Shown here: piece by piece, positions 12,035 to 24,958 of the stretch
Layout of the letters: every line of letters starts with the position of its first letter
Position numbering within the stretch: the first letter of the stretch is position 1
NCBI RefSeq assembly: GCF_006345805.1
Contig: NC_043007.1
Span: 42,656,001 to 42,720,000, forward strand
From: Octopus sinensis
Lineage: Eukaryota
Direction: 5' to 3'
Length of the DNA: 64,000 nt
Made by a program: the position numbers and the translations under genes
The notes under the pieces: model-generated
What the model saw: only the letters and a program-made list of their open reading frames with translations
The model's database searches: none
What the model was told of the DNA's origin: nothing

Positions 12035-13850
12035 AGACTGTATGTATGTATGTATGTATGTATGTATAAATGTATCTATGCATGGATGGATGGATGTATG
12101 AAAGAATGTATGTATTCATGTATGTATGTGTATATGTATGTATGCATGCATATATGTATGAATGCATGCACATATGTAAGCAGGGTATATAGGTATGTAT
12201 GCATGCATGTATGTACTTTCTGCAGTTCAAAACTCCAGAGAAAAATCAGCATTCACCAGAACCTTGGATGCAGGCTGCAACTTCAAACACTTTCAACCAT
12301 CAAAAGTAGGCAGCAACATTGAAGGCAAAAACAACCAAGGCTGAAACCAATAGAAGGAAAAAGCATAGTCATACAAATACACACATATGTATATGTACTG
12401 AGAAAGAGTAATTGTGAGTGGGGGGAGAAGGGAGGAGGTGAGAAAGTAAGGGAGAGACAGAAAGAAAATTTTCATGTCCAACATACAGTTATCAACAACT
12501 GAATTTATTTCAATACATGTGGTACCTTTGTATTTAAAGCCTTCATACCTCACCATATATATACACGCTAAAAAGGTAATAAAAAAAGTGCATGCTCAAT
12601 GAAATATAAGAAAAAGCCCTTACATAGTTGCTCAGTCAACTACAAGCAGAAACCAAATCTCACTCAAATTACCCAACTGTCTTAAGAAAGAGATGACTTA
12701 CCATGTTAGAACAAAAAAAAAATATATATATATATATATATGAGGTAGTTACAGCTGAAATATCCCTGATTATTGGTTGCTTTATCTTTATAGGTATATT
12801 GCTTGATTTTGATCAAGTCAATAGCGTACCCCACTACTAGCTGAATGATAATTAGTTTATATCGCATCACCAGAGTTTATTTGAGGGTGTTAAATTATTG
12901 AAAGTGAATCTCTTTGCTTTATTCCTTTAAAATCAAAAAGGAAGTCCCTATGTAGTCACTTAATCTGCTAAAATTAGCAGCCAAATTTCACTCAAATTAT
13001 ATTCTAGTGTCTTACAAAAGAAAGGAAAATATAATCCTAGAAATACAAAAGACAAGATGGCCATGATATAATTCCCTTGATCATGGAATTAGTAGTAAAA
13101 TGACCCTCAAATCATACTCTACCATCTTTTTAAAAAGAATAGTAGGGCACATGGAATTTGCTATGTTTGAAAGAGAAGACTGGATAGTCAAGATTGATAA
13201 TGTAGTCCTACATTTACTATATTAGTAAATAAAACAGGATGAAAATGTCGGCCTGGAATCTACACAACAACCAACCAACCAACCAACATGCTGTTAGTTA
13301 TCAATAAATTAAGAGCCCCCATATTTGAAGTTCTAAATTTTAAGATAAAATGTTTTACATTTAGTATGATACAGTCACATTAGAGGGATGAATCAGTGAA
13401 GTTTAACACAAATTTATATGTTTATCTAGGATGCTGAACTTGTGGATTACTTCATATCTTTTCTGATATGTTTTAACAAGATTGTTAGTAGAGAGCTATA
13501 CAACAACAACAACAGCAATGGCAATACTCTCAAATTACTATTTATTCCAATTCAACTTCCACATCCTGAACTGACAGAACAAAAAAATATCTGCATAAAT
13601 GTCACATTTTTTCCTATGGATTGCAATGAAAACAATGGAGTGTCAGGAAGTCACCGAAGGACATATTTAGAATACATCCAATGTCTTAGATGTGATAAAA
13701 TTTAATGGCAGAAACCTGATATTAGAGAGGTGCAGCCTGATCAAGTACAAGCTGTAATTTCCAGTTAAGTTTAAATTGAGTGTACGGTGCGATTTAGATT
13801 CAGACTGGCTGCTTATATATACTTTAGTGTTTATGGTTAAATAGTGGATG

Positions 13851-14150
13851 CACGTGGCTTAGTAGTTAAGGTGTTGGGGTCACGATTGTAAGACTGTGGT
13901 TTTGATTCCTGGATCGGGCGATCTTGAGCAAAACACTTCATTTCATTTCACGCATGCTCCAGTCAATACAGCTAAAGAAATTAATACCACCAGTGAAGGC
14001 GCTCGCTTAGTGGTGGTTAAGGTGTTGGATTCACGACCACAAGATTGTGGTTTCGATACCTGAAGCGGGCGATCCGTTGTGTTCTTGAGCAAAACACTTC
14101 ATTCCACGTTGCTCCAGTTCACTCAGTTGTAGCAATGATATATTGCATGG
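13851..14150 (+). mobile_element. Two tandem tRNA-derived SINE heads with a CORE-like central segment
   Basis: Both have tRNA-like heads followed by (gtg)ttcttgagcaaaacacttca. Relatives at ~24983, 53392 and 58115. Confidence 0.6.
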
Positions 14151-14540
14151 CTGTAGCATCCTAACGCCCCCCCCCCAATGGGTTAAGGAACTTGTCGAAT
14201 GTCAAAGGACTGACCGGTCAAGTGTAGGCTGTTGCTCTTAATTAAGCTCGTCTAATCAAGTATAAATGACCGTAGAGTAAAAGTATTTACTTCAGTATAG
14301 AAGTTGTTTGTCTAGGCGAGCAAGGGAGACAACTTTGGGTGTTTTTATTTTCACCTTTCATTCGAAAAGCAGATTTGCTACAAAAAAATGTTCAATTAAT
14401 AAATAAGCACTTATTTATTTTAAGGAGAATTTTAAAATTCTACTTCTGACTATTTTTTATTGTGCTACTTTTTCTGTTGTAAACATCAGAAATACAGAAT
14501 CTATAAACCAAAAAATTAGCGATTTTATTCTTATTTTTAA

Positions 14541-14760
14541 CCCTTTAGAATTCAGATTATTCTGTCAAATGAAATGCTTATTTATTTACATTTTAAAAAA
14601 TTAATGGTGCATTATCTTTGTAGCTTTGAGATTTTGATGAGCTAACTGTTACTTTTTGAATGATGTTGTAGGGTTGGTATGAAATCAAGGTCTGGTCAGT
14701 TTAAGCATAAAACAGGTAGAATATATTTGGCCAGATATGGCCAGTTTAAATGCTAAAGAT
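14541..14760. mobile_element. piggyBac-type MITE
   Basis: TTAA-CCCTTTAG...CTAAAGAT-TTAA; same family as 37986-38200 in the opposite orientation. Confidence 0.65.
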
Positions 14761-14834
14761 TTAATTTGATATTTTTTTTATCCAGAAACTGATAAGCCTT
14801 AAAGAATTTGAAGTTGCAGTATTTCTTCTGTATG

Positions 14835-14877
<43 letters not shown>

Positions 14878-14881
<4 letters not shown>

Positions 14882-15387
14882 GAAGTCAACAAGAAGGAGT
14901 ACAATTGGACAGTTATTTTTTAATCACTACAATTGTTTCCCCAACATGCTTCTCCAACAATACAAGTATTTGATTATGCAACTGTTAGTTTGCATAATGA
15001 GATCCAGTTGTGTTTCCTCAGGTGATATTCAAGTGTTGTCTCCGTTAGTTCAAAATCTTTGACTTCAAGGCCATCCCATCTGTCCATCTAGTTTTGAATT
15101 TTGTAGTATTTGGTAGATTCATGTTGTTTGGTGGCACAGTGTGTTTATTAAACATACTCTGCCACCAAACCAAGACAGACAGTTGAGATGGCCTTGAAGT
15201 TGAAGATTTTTTAACTAACAGAGAGAACACTTGAATATCACCTGAGGAAACACAACTGGATCTCATTATGCAAAAAAACAGTTGCATAATCAAATACCTG
15301 TATTTTTGGAGAAGCACGTTAGGTGGAAACAATTGTAATGATTAAAAAATAACTGTCCAACCATACTCCTTCTTGTTGACTCCAATT
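14878..15387. repeat. 510-bp fold-back palindrome (probable non-autonomous DNA element)
   Basis: Outer arms of ~215 bp are roughly 85-90% identical by eye. An inner hairpin tttggtggca...tgccaccaaa is centred at 15148. (TA)n on the left flank. Confidence 0.9.
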
Positions 15388-17743
15388 TCTTCAATTTTAT
15401 ATTCACACATGATGAATACCCAAACATAAACATGGAAGTATATAATAATGCTACCAAATAGTAGTGGATAATTCTGATGGTGGACGAATTTTAAACTGTA
15501 CTCTGCCATGTTCCTAACAGAATATACCATAACTAGATATATATATATATATATATAATGGGAAGCTTTATGAAAATAAACAAAAGACAAAGGCAGGTGG
15601 AGTACAAACAAACAATTGTATTAGTATGCCTATATATATATATAGGCATCACTTGCATTTGGAGTGATATGAATATAGTGACCAAGAGAGCCTCTTTTAT
15701 TTTGCATGACTAAGAAGTTTACTTCACAGGTGTAGGCATAGGTGTGTGGTTAAGAAGCTCACTTACATGTGCTTACATGTTCAGTCCCACTGCCTGTCAC
15801 CTTCTACTATAACCCTGAGTTGATCAAAACCTTGTGAGTGGATTTGAATGAGAGAAAGTGAAAGAAGCCCATCATATATATGTGTGTGAATATATGTGTT
15901 TGTGCATGTATATGTGCATGTGTATGTACATGCATGCATGTGTTTGTGCACACATGCATGTGTGTGTATGTGCATGCACATGCATGTGTGTGTGTGCATG
16001 TGCATATGTGTGTTCTTGTCTTAGCATGATGTGATGGTGGTGAATGAGCATCACTGTCATACAAGTAATATCATTTGCTTCCAGTCTTCTGTAAAAGATA
16101 CGTCTAGTCATAAGGAAATATGACCTTGCTTGGAAACAGGTGAGAGTTGGGGACAGAAAAGACAAGTGTACCTCAGCGAATTTCTGTCTGATCCAGATAG
16201 TCCTAGATACAATATGGTAGCAAATATGTGAGATGGTCAAGGCTGGAATGTTTTTAGACTGGCATTTGGCCCTCAAAGACAGAACTATTGAATACTAGTC
16301 TCTTGCATAATAAGCAACTGAAATTTATCACTGTACCACCATTCTGCTGATATTGCTGCTGTTGTTCACCATGACTCATTTGTTTCTAATGATACTAATC
16401 CTCCTCCACCACCACTACCGCCACTGCCATCTACTACGACTACTACCACCATGACCACCACCACCACCAACACCACTACTACTTTCTACAGATTAACTAG
16501 CCTTGATTCATTTTTAGCAGATTAACACTATCCTTGATCCAATTGCAGTCTTAAGTTTATCCTCTTATATCTCAATCATATTTCCATCTTATGGAGCTGA
16601 TTGTTTACAACTGGTTAACCTTACAACACTAGTGTTTTCTGATGCCAACAGACAGTTTTGTTCATCTATTTAGTTAGTTTTTTTTTCTATTTGTTTTTTT
16701 TTTCTTTTTTACAGCTTTAACAAAGCTAAGATAGAACATTTCGTTGAAGGTGAAATGTCTGACACTATTATTATATTTTGATCACCAAGGTTGATTATAC
16801 TTTTCTTTCTTTTGGGATTGATAAAATAAGGACCAGTTGAGGACTGAGGTCAGGGTAATCAACTAGGCCCCACCACCACCACCACCTTTCCCAAACTTGC
16901 TGGCTTTGTGCCAAAATTTGAAACCATAATTATATCTAGATCAGAGTTGTAAATGACTATGTTGATTAGATATCTGTCAGAACCCTAGTCAAAGTATTAA
17001 CAGGTCATGCCCTATCACTTGTGTTGTGCTGTGTCCAAGGTGGTGGTGGTGGTTTGCATAGATAAATACAAACATTTGGAGAATAAATAACTCATAGAAT
17101 GAATGAGTAATCTTGTACAATGGTTGGCAAAGTTTAAAAAGACGTTTTACTTTTTACCTGTTCAAAGCATTTTCATAATTCTCCTAAACATTCATGCTTG
17201 TTTTCAGACTTTTTAGTTAGCCCTTGTTTCATACCTTCTGAGTAATATAAAGCTTTTCTAAGTCCCAAGTAACTCTGGTAGTTGAAAAAATTGGAAATGT
17301 AGTATGTAATATATGATGTACGGACACCAAGGAAAATTGTTGTGTATCACACATGATACACATGACAAGCAAATGGTTAAGGAATAAAATATTCAGAGAT
17401 GCCATATTTCAGAAAAGCAATGGTTAAATTCATGTTAAAAGAAGTTTCCGTCATGACCATGTCCTTTTTTTTTTCTTGAAACATAGTAAGTGTAAGACTA
17501 CATTATCCATGATTTTTTATTTAATTTTGTTTTAAGATAATGTGTATGACTCGAGGTGGATTTAGCTGCTAGTGTGCTAGCAGGTCAAGCAACCACATTG
17601 TTTTGTCTCTCTAATTGTTTTTGCTTTGTCATTTTTGCTACAACTTTGCTAAACTGAACAAGATGAATTAGTGTGACTGACAAGAGAGCATCAGGCTACT
17701 GACTAAAGAGTATCCTAACACTGAAACTATATTCTGCCTTTAA

Positions 17744-17962
17744 CCCTTTCGTTACTGTATTTATTTTGAGATGCTCTATGTTTCTTTCAATTACTTTAAA
17801 TATAATAAAGAATTTAGTAAAATAACCTAGTTATCATTCAGCTAGTGTTAGGAACATAAATTGTGACTAAGATATGGTGGAAGATTTTAATTCAAAACTT
17901 ATGAAAACAAGACATTTGTACTCAGAGCCAGAGCCGGCTTCAGTGGGTTGGTAATGAAAGGG
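17744..17962. mobile_element. piggyBac-type MITE
   Basis: TTAA-CCCTTTCGTTAC...GTAATGAAAGGG-TTAG; related copies at ~4565-4795 and ~43960. Confidence 0.7.
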
Positions 17963-19020
17963 TTAGGCAAGGTTTTCTCTAGTGTTATGATAATGTAGAA
18001 ACAGTGTTGGAATGGCTCTTAAGATGCAGTTGCATTTATATTTCTTTGATCTTGATTGTCGTTTTTGAAAATAAAGGATAGATAAAGCCTTGTAATGGTA
18101 CACAGTAGCTATAATGGTGTGGGGGCAGTCACTGTGTTTCTGACTGATTTTTATTTTATTGTTCTGCTAAGGTGAGTGGATGAACTGGTATGGCTAAAAG
18201 GATACGGCCAAACTATGAGCTGAAGAGTCTTTCATTCATATCCTGTCACTGATACAGTGTTCAATCATAGTTCTAGTGATGTAGTGATTTTGTAAACAAT
18301 CCTTTACATTCTTAGTTCAAATTCGGCTTTCATTTCCATCCATCTAGGAGTGATAAAATTGGTATTTGGGAAGTACTGAGAACCAATTCAGTAAATCCTA
18401 AAAAACAGTCACTTTGTGCCATTTAACTCCAGTGTTGTTGTTGTTGTTGTTGTCATTGTTATTGTTTTACCCTCCTCTTTTCCATGCTTACATGGGCCAA
18501 ATAGAATTACTTGAGGCAACTTTTCTACAGCTGGATACTCTTCCAGTCATCAATCTCACTTACTTCCAAGTAAGGTAATATTTCCTAATTGTTAGACAGG
18601 TCTTCAGAGAAGATTAGAAACCTACAATGCCGCTTATATGATGGTGATGCTCATTTACAAGTATCACATGATGTCCAGACAAAGAAACAAATTCATAGAC
18701 ACAGACACACATAGACTCCCTTATATAAATATATATATATATCTTATTTTATTTGTTTCAGACTGCAGCTATGTGGAGTACTACCTTGGAGGATTTTAGT
18801 CAAACAAACTGGCCCTAGGACTTATTTTAAAAGCACCATACTTATTCTATCAGTCTCATTTGCTAAACCGCTAAGCTATGGGGACATAAACACACCAACA
18901 CTGGTTATAAAGCGGTGATGGAGTAACAAACAGACACACAGACACACATATAGGATATACACAAGCTTCTTACCACACAGCCACACCTGCACCTATTATT
19001 ATATATGTGTGTGTATATAT

Positions 19021-19320
19021 CACCTTGATAACCGTGACTGGCCAGGCTATCAGATGTTGCTACACATCGCTGGTCACAATGCGCTTCGCATTGTTTTAGC
19101 CTTCAAATGACGCCACCCCACTGGCTAAGCAAGCAGGCCAACAGAAGAAAGAGTGAGAGAAAGTTGTGGTGAGAGAGTACAGCAGGGATCCCCCCCCCCC
19201 CTTCGTGGAGCTTTAGATGTTTTTGCTCAATAAGCACTCACAACGCCCGGTCTGGGAATCGAAACCATGATCCTACGACTGTGAGTCCGCTTCTCTAACC
19301 ACTGGGCCATTGCGCCTCCA
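19021..19320 (-). mobile_element. tRNA-derived SINE
   Basis: Close relative of 11726-12034 over its full length. Confidence 0.8.
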
Positions 19321-19322
19321 CA

Positions 19323-19362
<40 letters not shown>

Positions 19363-20060
19363 CATCATCATTTAACATCTGTTTTTCATGCTGGTATGGG
19401 TTGGGTGTGGCACCCACACAAGTGCATTTTACATGGCACCAGCACAAGTGCAATTTACATGGCATTGACATAGGTGCATTTTGTGTGGCACTGGCATAAG
19501 TGCATTCTACAAGGCACTGGCACCTGCAAGACAAAGACTTCTCAGGTGGGAGAGAGAGTGGTGGCATGATCATAAAGGACATGCCTATATGTATGGATGG
19601 CCACAATTTTACTTAGCTTAATCACACAGAAGAAAAGATGGAATAGTCATGCCTGGAATGTCTTTAATCATAGGTTTATTCAGTCAGAGCTGATCTGAAG
19701 CGAAACAACAGTTACCACCACCACCACTAACCCTGCTGTCTTACAGAAAGGAATAACACCATGAAAAATGTTGTTCTGGATAAATTATGTCAAAAGAAAA
19801 AATTGCTTTTAACCTTAGGTTTGCTTAATCAACGGTAATCAAGGGTTAAACAACAGCAACAACATCACATCGTCCGCATTTTAGCATTTAATCCTTTGCT
19901 TTTCCAAAGTATTTTCATAAGTTTGTCCCAAAATAAAAAGCTTTCCTTTCGTAAGCCCCAAGTTATTATTGTGGTTGAAAAAAATTGGGAATGTCTATCA
20001 TACATGATGCATGGATGCCAGGATATATCCTGTATGTCACATGTGATACACAGCATAGGC

Positions 20061-20300
20061 CAGTGTTTCTCAACTGGGGTCCATATGGCCCTTGTGGGGT
20101 GCATATCAGATTTTGGTGTTTATGAGCAATAAATTGGTTATACTTTTACAATACACAAAATATTTTAACAATTTTTAAATATAATTCTTGATAATATTCA
20201 ATTATATAAATATAATAGGATTTATTTTTTAATATGGGGTCCCAGTAAAGTAAAATAGGAATCAAAGGAGTCCATGGGCAAAAATGGTTGAGAACTGCTG
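20061..20300. mobile_element. hAT (Charlie-like) MITE
   Basis: TIRs cagtgtttctcaac...gttgagaactgctg. Confidence 0.75.
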
Positions 20301-20708
20301 CTAGAGGCAAAGGGATAAATGTCACATGTTTTGTTTTTTTTTTCCATTTCTCATGTTTTCATTAATACTTGTTTCTAACTAGAACAAGTCTAATGAATAC
20401 TGCAGAATTAATTTCAAAATTAAATTAGGTTTAATCTAGCAGTAATAGTTTTTATGGATATGCTATTCTCACACATTTTCTTCTATTTCTACACTCGTGT
20501 GATTTTCTATGCAAAATAAAATATTTTTAAAAACTTTCTTGTGTTAACCTGAAAGGAAATAACTCATAAAAAAAATCATTGTTCTGAGGATATTCATATA
20601 GCTCTCTCTCTCCTGTCTCTGCCTGCTTGCCTGCCTGTCTGTCTGTCTAATATTTCATAACAATACTAATAAGCCCTCTTTATATCTATCTCTGATGCCC
20701 ATTTTTTT

Positions 20709-21193
20709 GGTGCTCTTTTGGTGTGTGATCTACAAGGGAGATTACTTTAGGTTACTTTTAAAATTATTTTGTGCATACTTAGCATTGTAAATGTTGTTTT
20801 TTTAATTCTTACTATTTTAATAATAGGAAAACCATATAATAATTAAATTAAGTGTGTAGATCACCCACGAGAGTAAATTTGTTCATGTAGATCACACAGA
20901 AAGTAGCACTAACACAGAGTAAAATAAAAAGTAACCTAAAGTAATCTCCCTTTAAATTGCAGCTCACACAGCAAAGTGGCATGTTTCTGTTTTTTAAGAA
21001 ATAATGTGAATTTAGTGCTGGTTTCTTGTAAAAATGTAACTGCAGTCTGGTTTCTTGCAGAAATGCAAGTACCTTTATCTTGTCACTGATTACACAGAAA
21101 AATCTTTACATCTTATAGGGTGTTACAAATTGAAAAGTAAATAAAAAGTAACCTAAAATAATCTCCTTTGCAGATCACACACCAAGGAGCGCC
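20709..21193. mobile_element. MITE with ~50-bp TIRs and an internal TIR-like repeat
   Basis: ggtgctc..ggtgtgtgatctacaagggagattactttaggttacttt vs aaagtaacctaaaataatctcctttgcagatcacacaccaaggagcgcc; a third partial copy lies at ~20925-20970. Confidence 0.7.
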
Positions 21194-22417
21194 ATTGTTT
21201 TTATATCTGCATTCTGACGGTCAGTATTAACACAGTATTCTGTCTGTTATGTATGCGTATATATAGTTATATACATAGGGATTCATCATACACCTTTGTA
21301 TATACATACATATACTCAAAATTATATAAATCTACATATTTCTAAGAGTGGCTTTTATCCTTCAAGCTCTATGCAAAATCATTTCTTATGCATTTTTACA
21401 TATTTTCGATGGTGATCTCTTCCATATAAGTAAATGCTTCTCTGAGTGCACTACATCTTATAGCAGAAACGGTTGTAAGCAAATGAAATTCATTGCACAA
21501 TCTCCTGTTCCTCTGTCCCTGTATGTGTTTGTGTGTGTGTGCGTGCGTGCGTGTGTGTATTTGAGTGTGTGTGTGTGTGTAGGCACATACATAAATATGA
21601 AGAATATACAATGAAAGTAAGAATAAAATTGTTATATCGTCAGCAACAATATAAGAAGTGTGTGTGTAACATATAACCAAATATAACCATATAGCAATTA
21701 GCAATGTAACAAGAGTTGGTTATCTTATTATAACCATTTGCACAATAACAATCAAGTACTCCAAAGCATGAATCAATAACGAGACTAATGCTCTCACAGT
21801 TCGAGCTCAACTGTCTACCGACACATCTATTTATAAGACTTGTCCAGTCCACTGACAGTCATGTGCAGGAGTGTCAGTTCACTCCACAACAAAAGTAAAT
21901 CACAAAGAAACACAAAGATAAAAGCAGCACCCATATTCAACTAGACATATCAAAGAAACAAGCTATTGAACAAAACCACCCTCAGCTTATTGACTGCCCC
22001 ATCAACAGGGCTCTAGGAGTAACTGAATTTCAGGATCATGACCCACCACAATGATGACAGCCATCCCAAACACTGTACTAATTATTAAGCAGATGTAAAT
22101 GTTAAGTTAGAGACTATTTGCGTCCCAGGATAAATAATAAAAAACTTTTTATGCATAATATTAAAGAGCGAGGAATAATAAGATATTATTAATAGACCTA
22201 TAGTGGAAATAAAGGAAAATACACATACACACACACATGCACTGGAATGTGATAAGCATTAGGAAAGGCAACCAGCTGTAGAAGCCATACTGAAGGCAAC
22301 ACTGGAACTTGCCACAGCCTTGCAACTCACTACATCCTGTCAACTAGTGCCAGCATGGAAAATGGATGTTAAATGATGATGATGATGATGTATGTATATG
22401 CATATATACATACATAC

Positions 22418-22448
<31 letters not shown>

Positions 22449-22458
22449 TATATATTTA

Positions 22459-22506
<48 letters not shown>

Positions 22507-22706
22507 TATATATATATTTATATATATCATCATCATCATCATCATCATCATCGTTTAACGTCCGCTTTCCATGCTAGCATGGGTTGGACGGTTCAACTGG
22601 GGTCTGGCAAGCCCGAAGGCTGCACCAGGCCAGTCAGATTTGGCAGTGTTTCTACAGCTGGATGCCCTTCCTAACGCCAACCACTCCGAGAGTGTAGTGG
22701 GTGATT

Positions 22707-22990
22707 TTATGTGCCACCGACACAGGTGCCAGGCGAGGCTGGCAGACGGCCACGCTCGGATGGTGTTTTTTTTTTATGTGCCACCGACACAGGTGCCAGA
22801 CAAGGCTGGCTGACGGCCACGCTCGGATGGTGTTTTCTTATGTGTCACCGACACAGGTGCCAGACGGGGCTGGAGGACGGCCACGCTCGGATGGTGTTTG
22901 TTATGTGCCCTCAGCACGGAGGCCAGTCGTTGCGGTACTGGCTACGATCACGTTCGGATGGTTTTCTTATGTGCCACCGGCACTGGTACC
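22707..22990. repeat. ~64-bp tandem repeat in the RTE 3'UTR (4 copies + partial)
   Basis: Unit ttatgtgccaccgacacaggtgccag...cacgctcggatggtgttt starting at ~22707, 22774, 22838, 22901 and 22967. Confidence 0.85.
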
Positions 22991-23164
22991 ACAAGGATAC
23001 AAATTCCATTGATGTTCATCTATTTTGATTTGGTTCGATTTGATTTGATTTGATTCGATTCGATTCTCACTTGCCTCAACAGGTCTTCACAAGTGTCACA
23101 AGAAGGAAGGTATGCACAGGTGGACTGACTACGTCCCAGGTAGGGGCCACGGATTATGGCTTCA

Positions 23165-24128
23165 CTAGTCTTGCCGGGTCTTCTCACGCACAGCATACTT
23201 CCATAGGTCTCGGTCTCTAGTCATTTCCATGGTGAGACCTAACGTCCGAAGGTCGTGCTTCACCACTTCGTCCCATGTTTTCCTGGGTCTACCTCTTCCA
23301 CTGCTAGGGATTGCTAGGGATTGGCACTTTCTCACACACCTATCTTCATCCATTCTCGCCACATGACCATACCAGCGCAATCGTCTCTCTTGCACACAAC
23401 AACTGATGCTTCTTAGGTACAACATTTCTCTCAAGGTACTAACGCTCTGTCGAGTAAGTACACTGACATTACACATCCATCGGAGCATACTGGCTTTGTT
23501 CCTCACAAGCTTACGCATGTCCTCAGCAGTCACGGCCCATGTTTCACTGCCATGTAGCATAGCTGTTCGTACACATGCATCATACAGTCTGCCTTTTACT
23601 CTGAGCGAGAGGCCTTTAGTCACCAGCAGAGGTAAGAGCTCCCTAAACTTTGCCCAGGCTATTCTTATTCTAGCAGTTACACTTTCAGCGCACCCGCCCC
23701 CACTACTGACTTGGTCACCTAGATAGCGGAAGCTATCAACTACTTCTAGTTTTTCCCCTCGGAAAGTTACGGAAGTTGTTTTCTGCAGATTTTCGGAGGT
23801 CAATGCTCCAGAGCATCTGCCACATACAAAAACTATCTTCCCAGTTAGCCTACCTTTGACATTGCTGCACCTCTTATGTGTCCATAGCTTACACTGGGTA
23901 CATCTTATAGAGTTTCTACCTACACCTTTTCTACAGATCGAGCAGGGCCATCTTCCTGAGGATATTTGTGGATTTTCTAACTTTCTACTTATTAATACTT
24001 TGGTTTTAGCTAGGTTGACTCTAAGGCCCCTCGATTCTAAACCCTCCTTCCACACCTGGAACTTCTCCTCCAGTTCTGATAGTGACTCAGCGATTAGAGT
24101 GAGGTCGTCAGCATAGAGGAGCTCCAGG
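23165..24128 (-). pseudogene. RTE ORF, RT C-terminal half with embedded PHD finger
   Basis: ELLYADDL, GLRVNLAKTK, FRYLGD, KGRLYDACVRTAMLHGSETW, RRLRWYGHVARM, GRGRPRKTW; open to the stop at 23165. Confidence 0.9.
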
Positions 24129-24958
24129 TTTGGAGATGCCACTATGAAAGGTTGCTGAATAAAGAAAATGAATGGGATAAAGAGAGTCTGCCGAATGTTG
24201 ACCCAACAGAGGGACCAGCTATCCGAGTTGATAGTTCCGTGGTAGCTAAGGCAATTAGAAGCATGAAGACAGGGAAAGCCCCAGGCCCATCAGGAATTAC
24301 TGCAGAGATGCTCAAAATATCTGGCAGTGTCGGCTATAACCTAGTCACCCGTATAGTCAACCAGGTGATACATGAAGGAGTCATACCCAATGACTGGTGT
24401 AGCAGCATACTAGTCAACTGCTACAAAGGTAAAGGTGATGCCCTGGATACAAATAATTACAGAGGTATCAAGCTGTTGGATCAGGTAATGAAGGTTACGG
24501 AGAGGGTCATAGCCCAACTAATTAGAGAGAGAGTTAGTTTAGATGAGATGCAGTTTGGGTTTGTCCCAGGGAAAAGCACCACTGATGCTATATTCCTGGT
24601 AAGGCAGCTGCAGGAGAAATACCTAGCCAAAGATAAGCCCCTGTACCTGGCTTTCGTTGACATGGAGAAAGCCTTTGATAGGGTCCCCCGATCCCTCATC
24701 TGGTGGTCAATGAGGAAACTAGGGATAGATGAATGGCTGGTGAGGGCTGTGCAAGCCATGTACAGAGATGCCGTAAGTAAGGTTAGAGTTGGCAGCATGT
24801 ACACAGAAGAATTCAAGGTAGAGGTTGGGGTCCACCAGGGTTCAGTACTCAGCCCCCTCCTATTTATCATAGTCCTCCAGGCAATTGTGGAGGAATTCAA
24901 GACAGGTTGCCCCTGGGAGCTCCTCTATGCTGGCGACCTCGCTCTAATCGCTGAGTCA
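24127..24958 (+). pseudogene. RTE ORF, RT N-terminal half (inverted segment)
   Basis: GKAPGPSG, NYRGIKLL, QFGFVPGKSTTDAIF, FVDMEKAFDRV, GVHQGSVLSPLLF, ELLYAGDL; open throughout. Confidence 0.9.

Larger units (their letters stand above)
22528..24958 (-). mobile_element. Young RTE-clade LINE insertion with 5' inversion
   Basis: The 3' part (RT C-half, 3'UTR, (GAT)n tail) is on - at 22528-24128. The RT N-half is inverted on + at 24127-24958. Both outer ends abut (TA)n. Confidence 0.9.
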
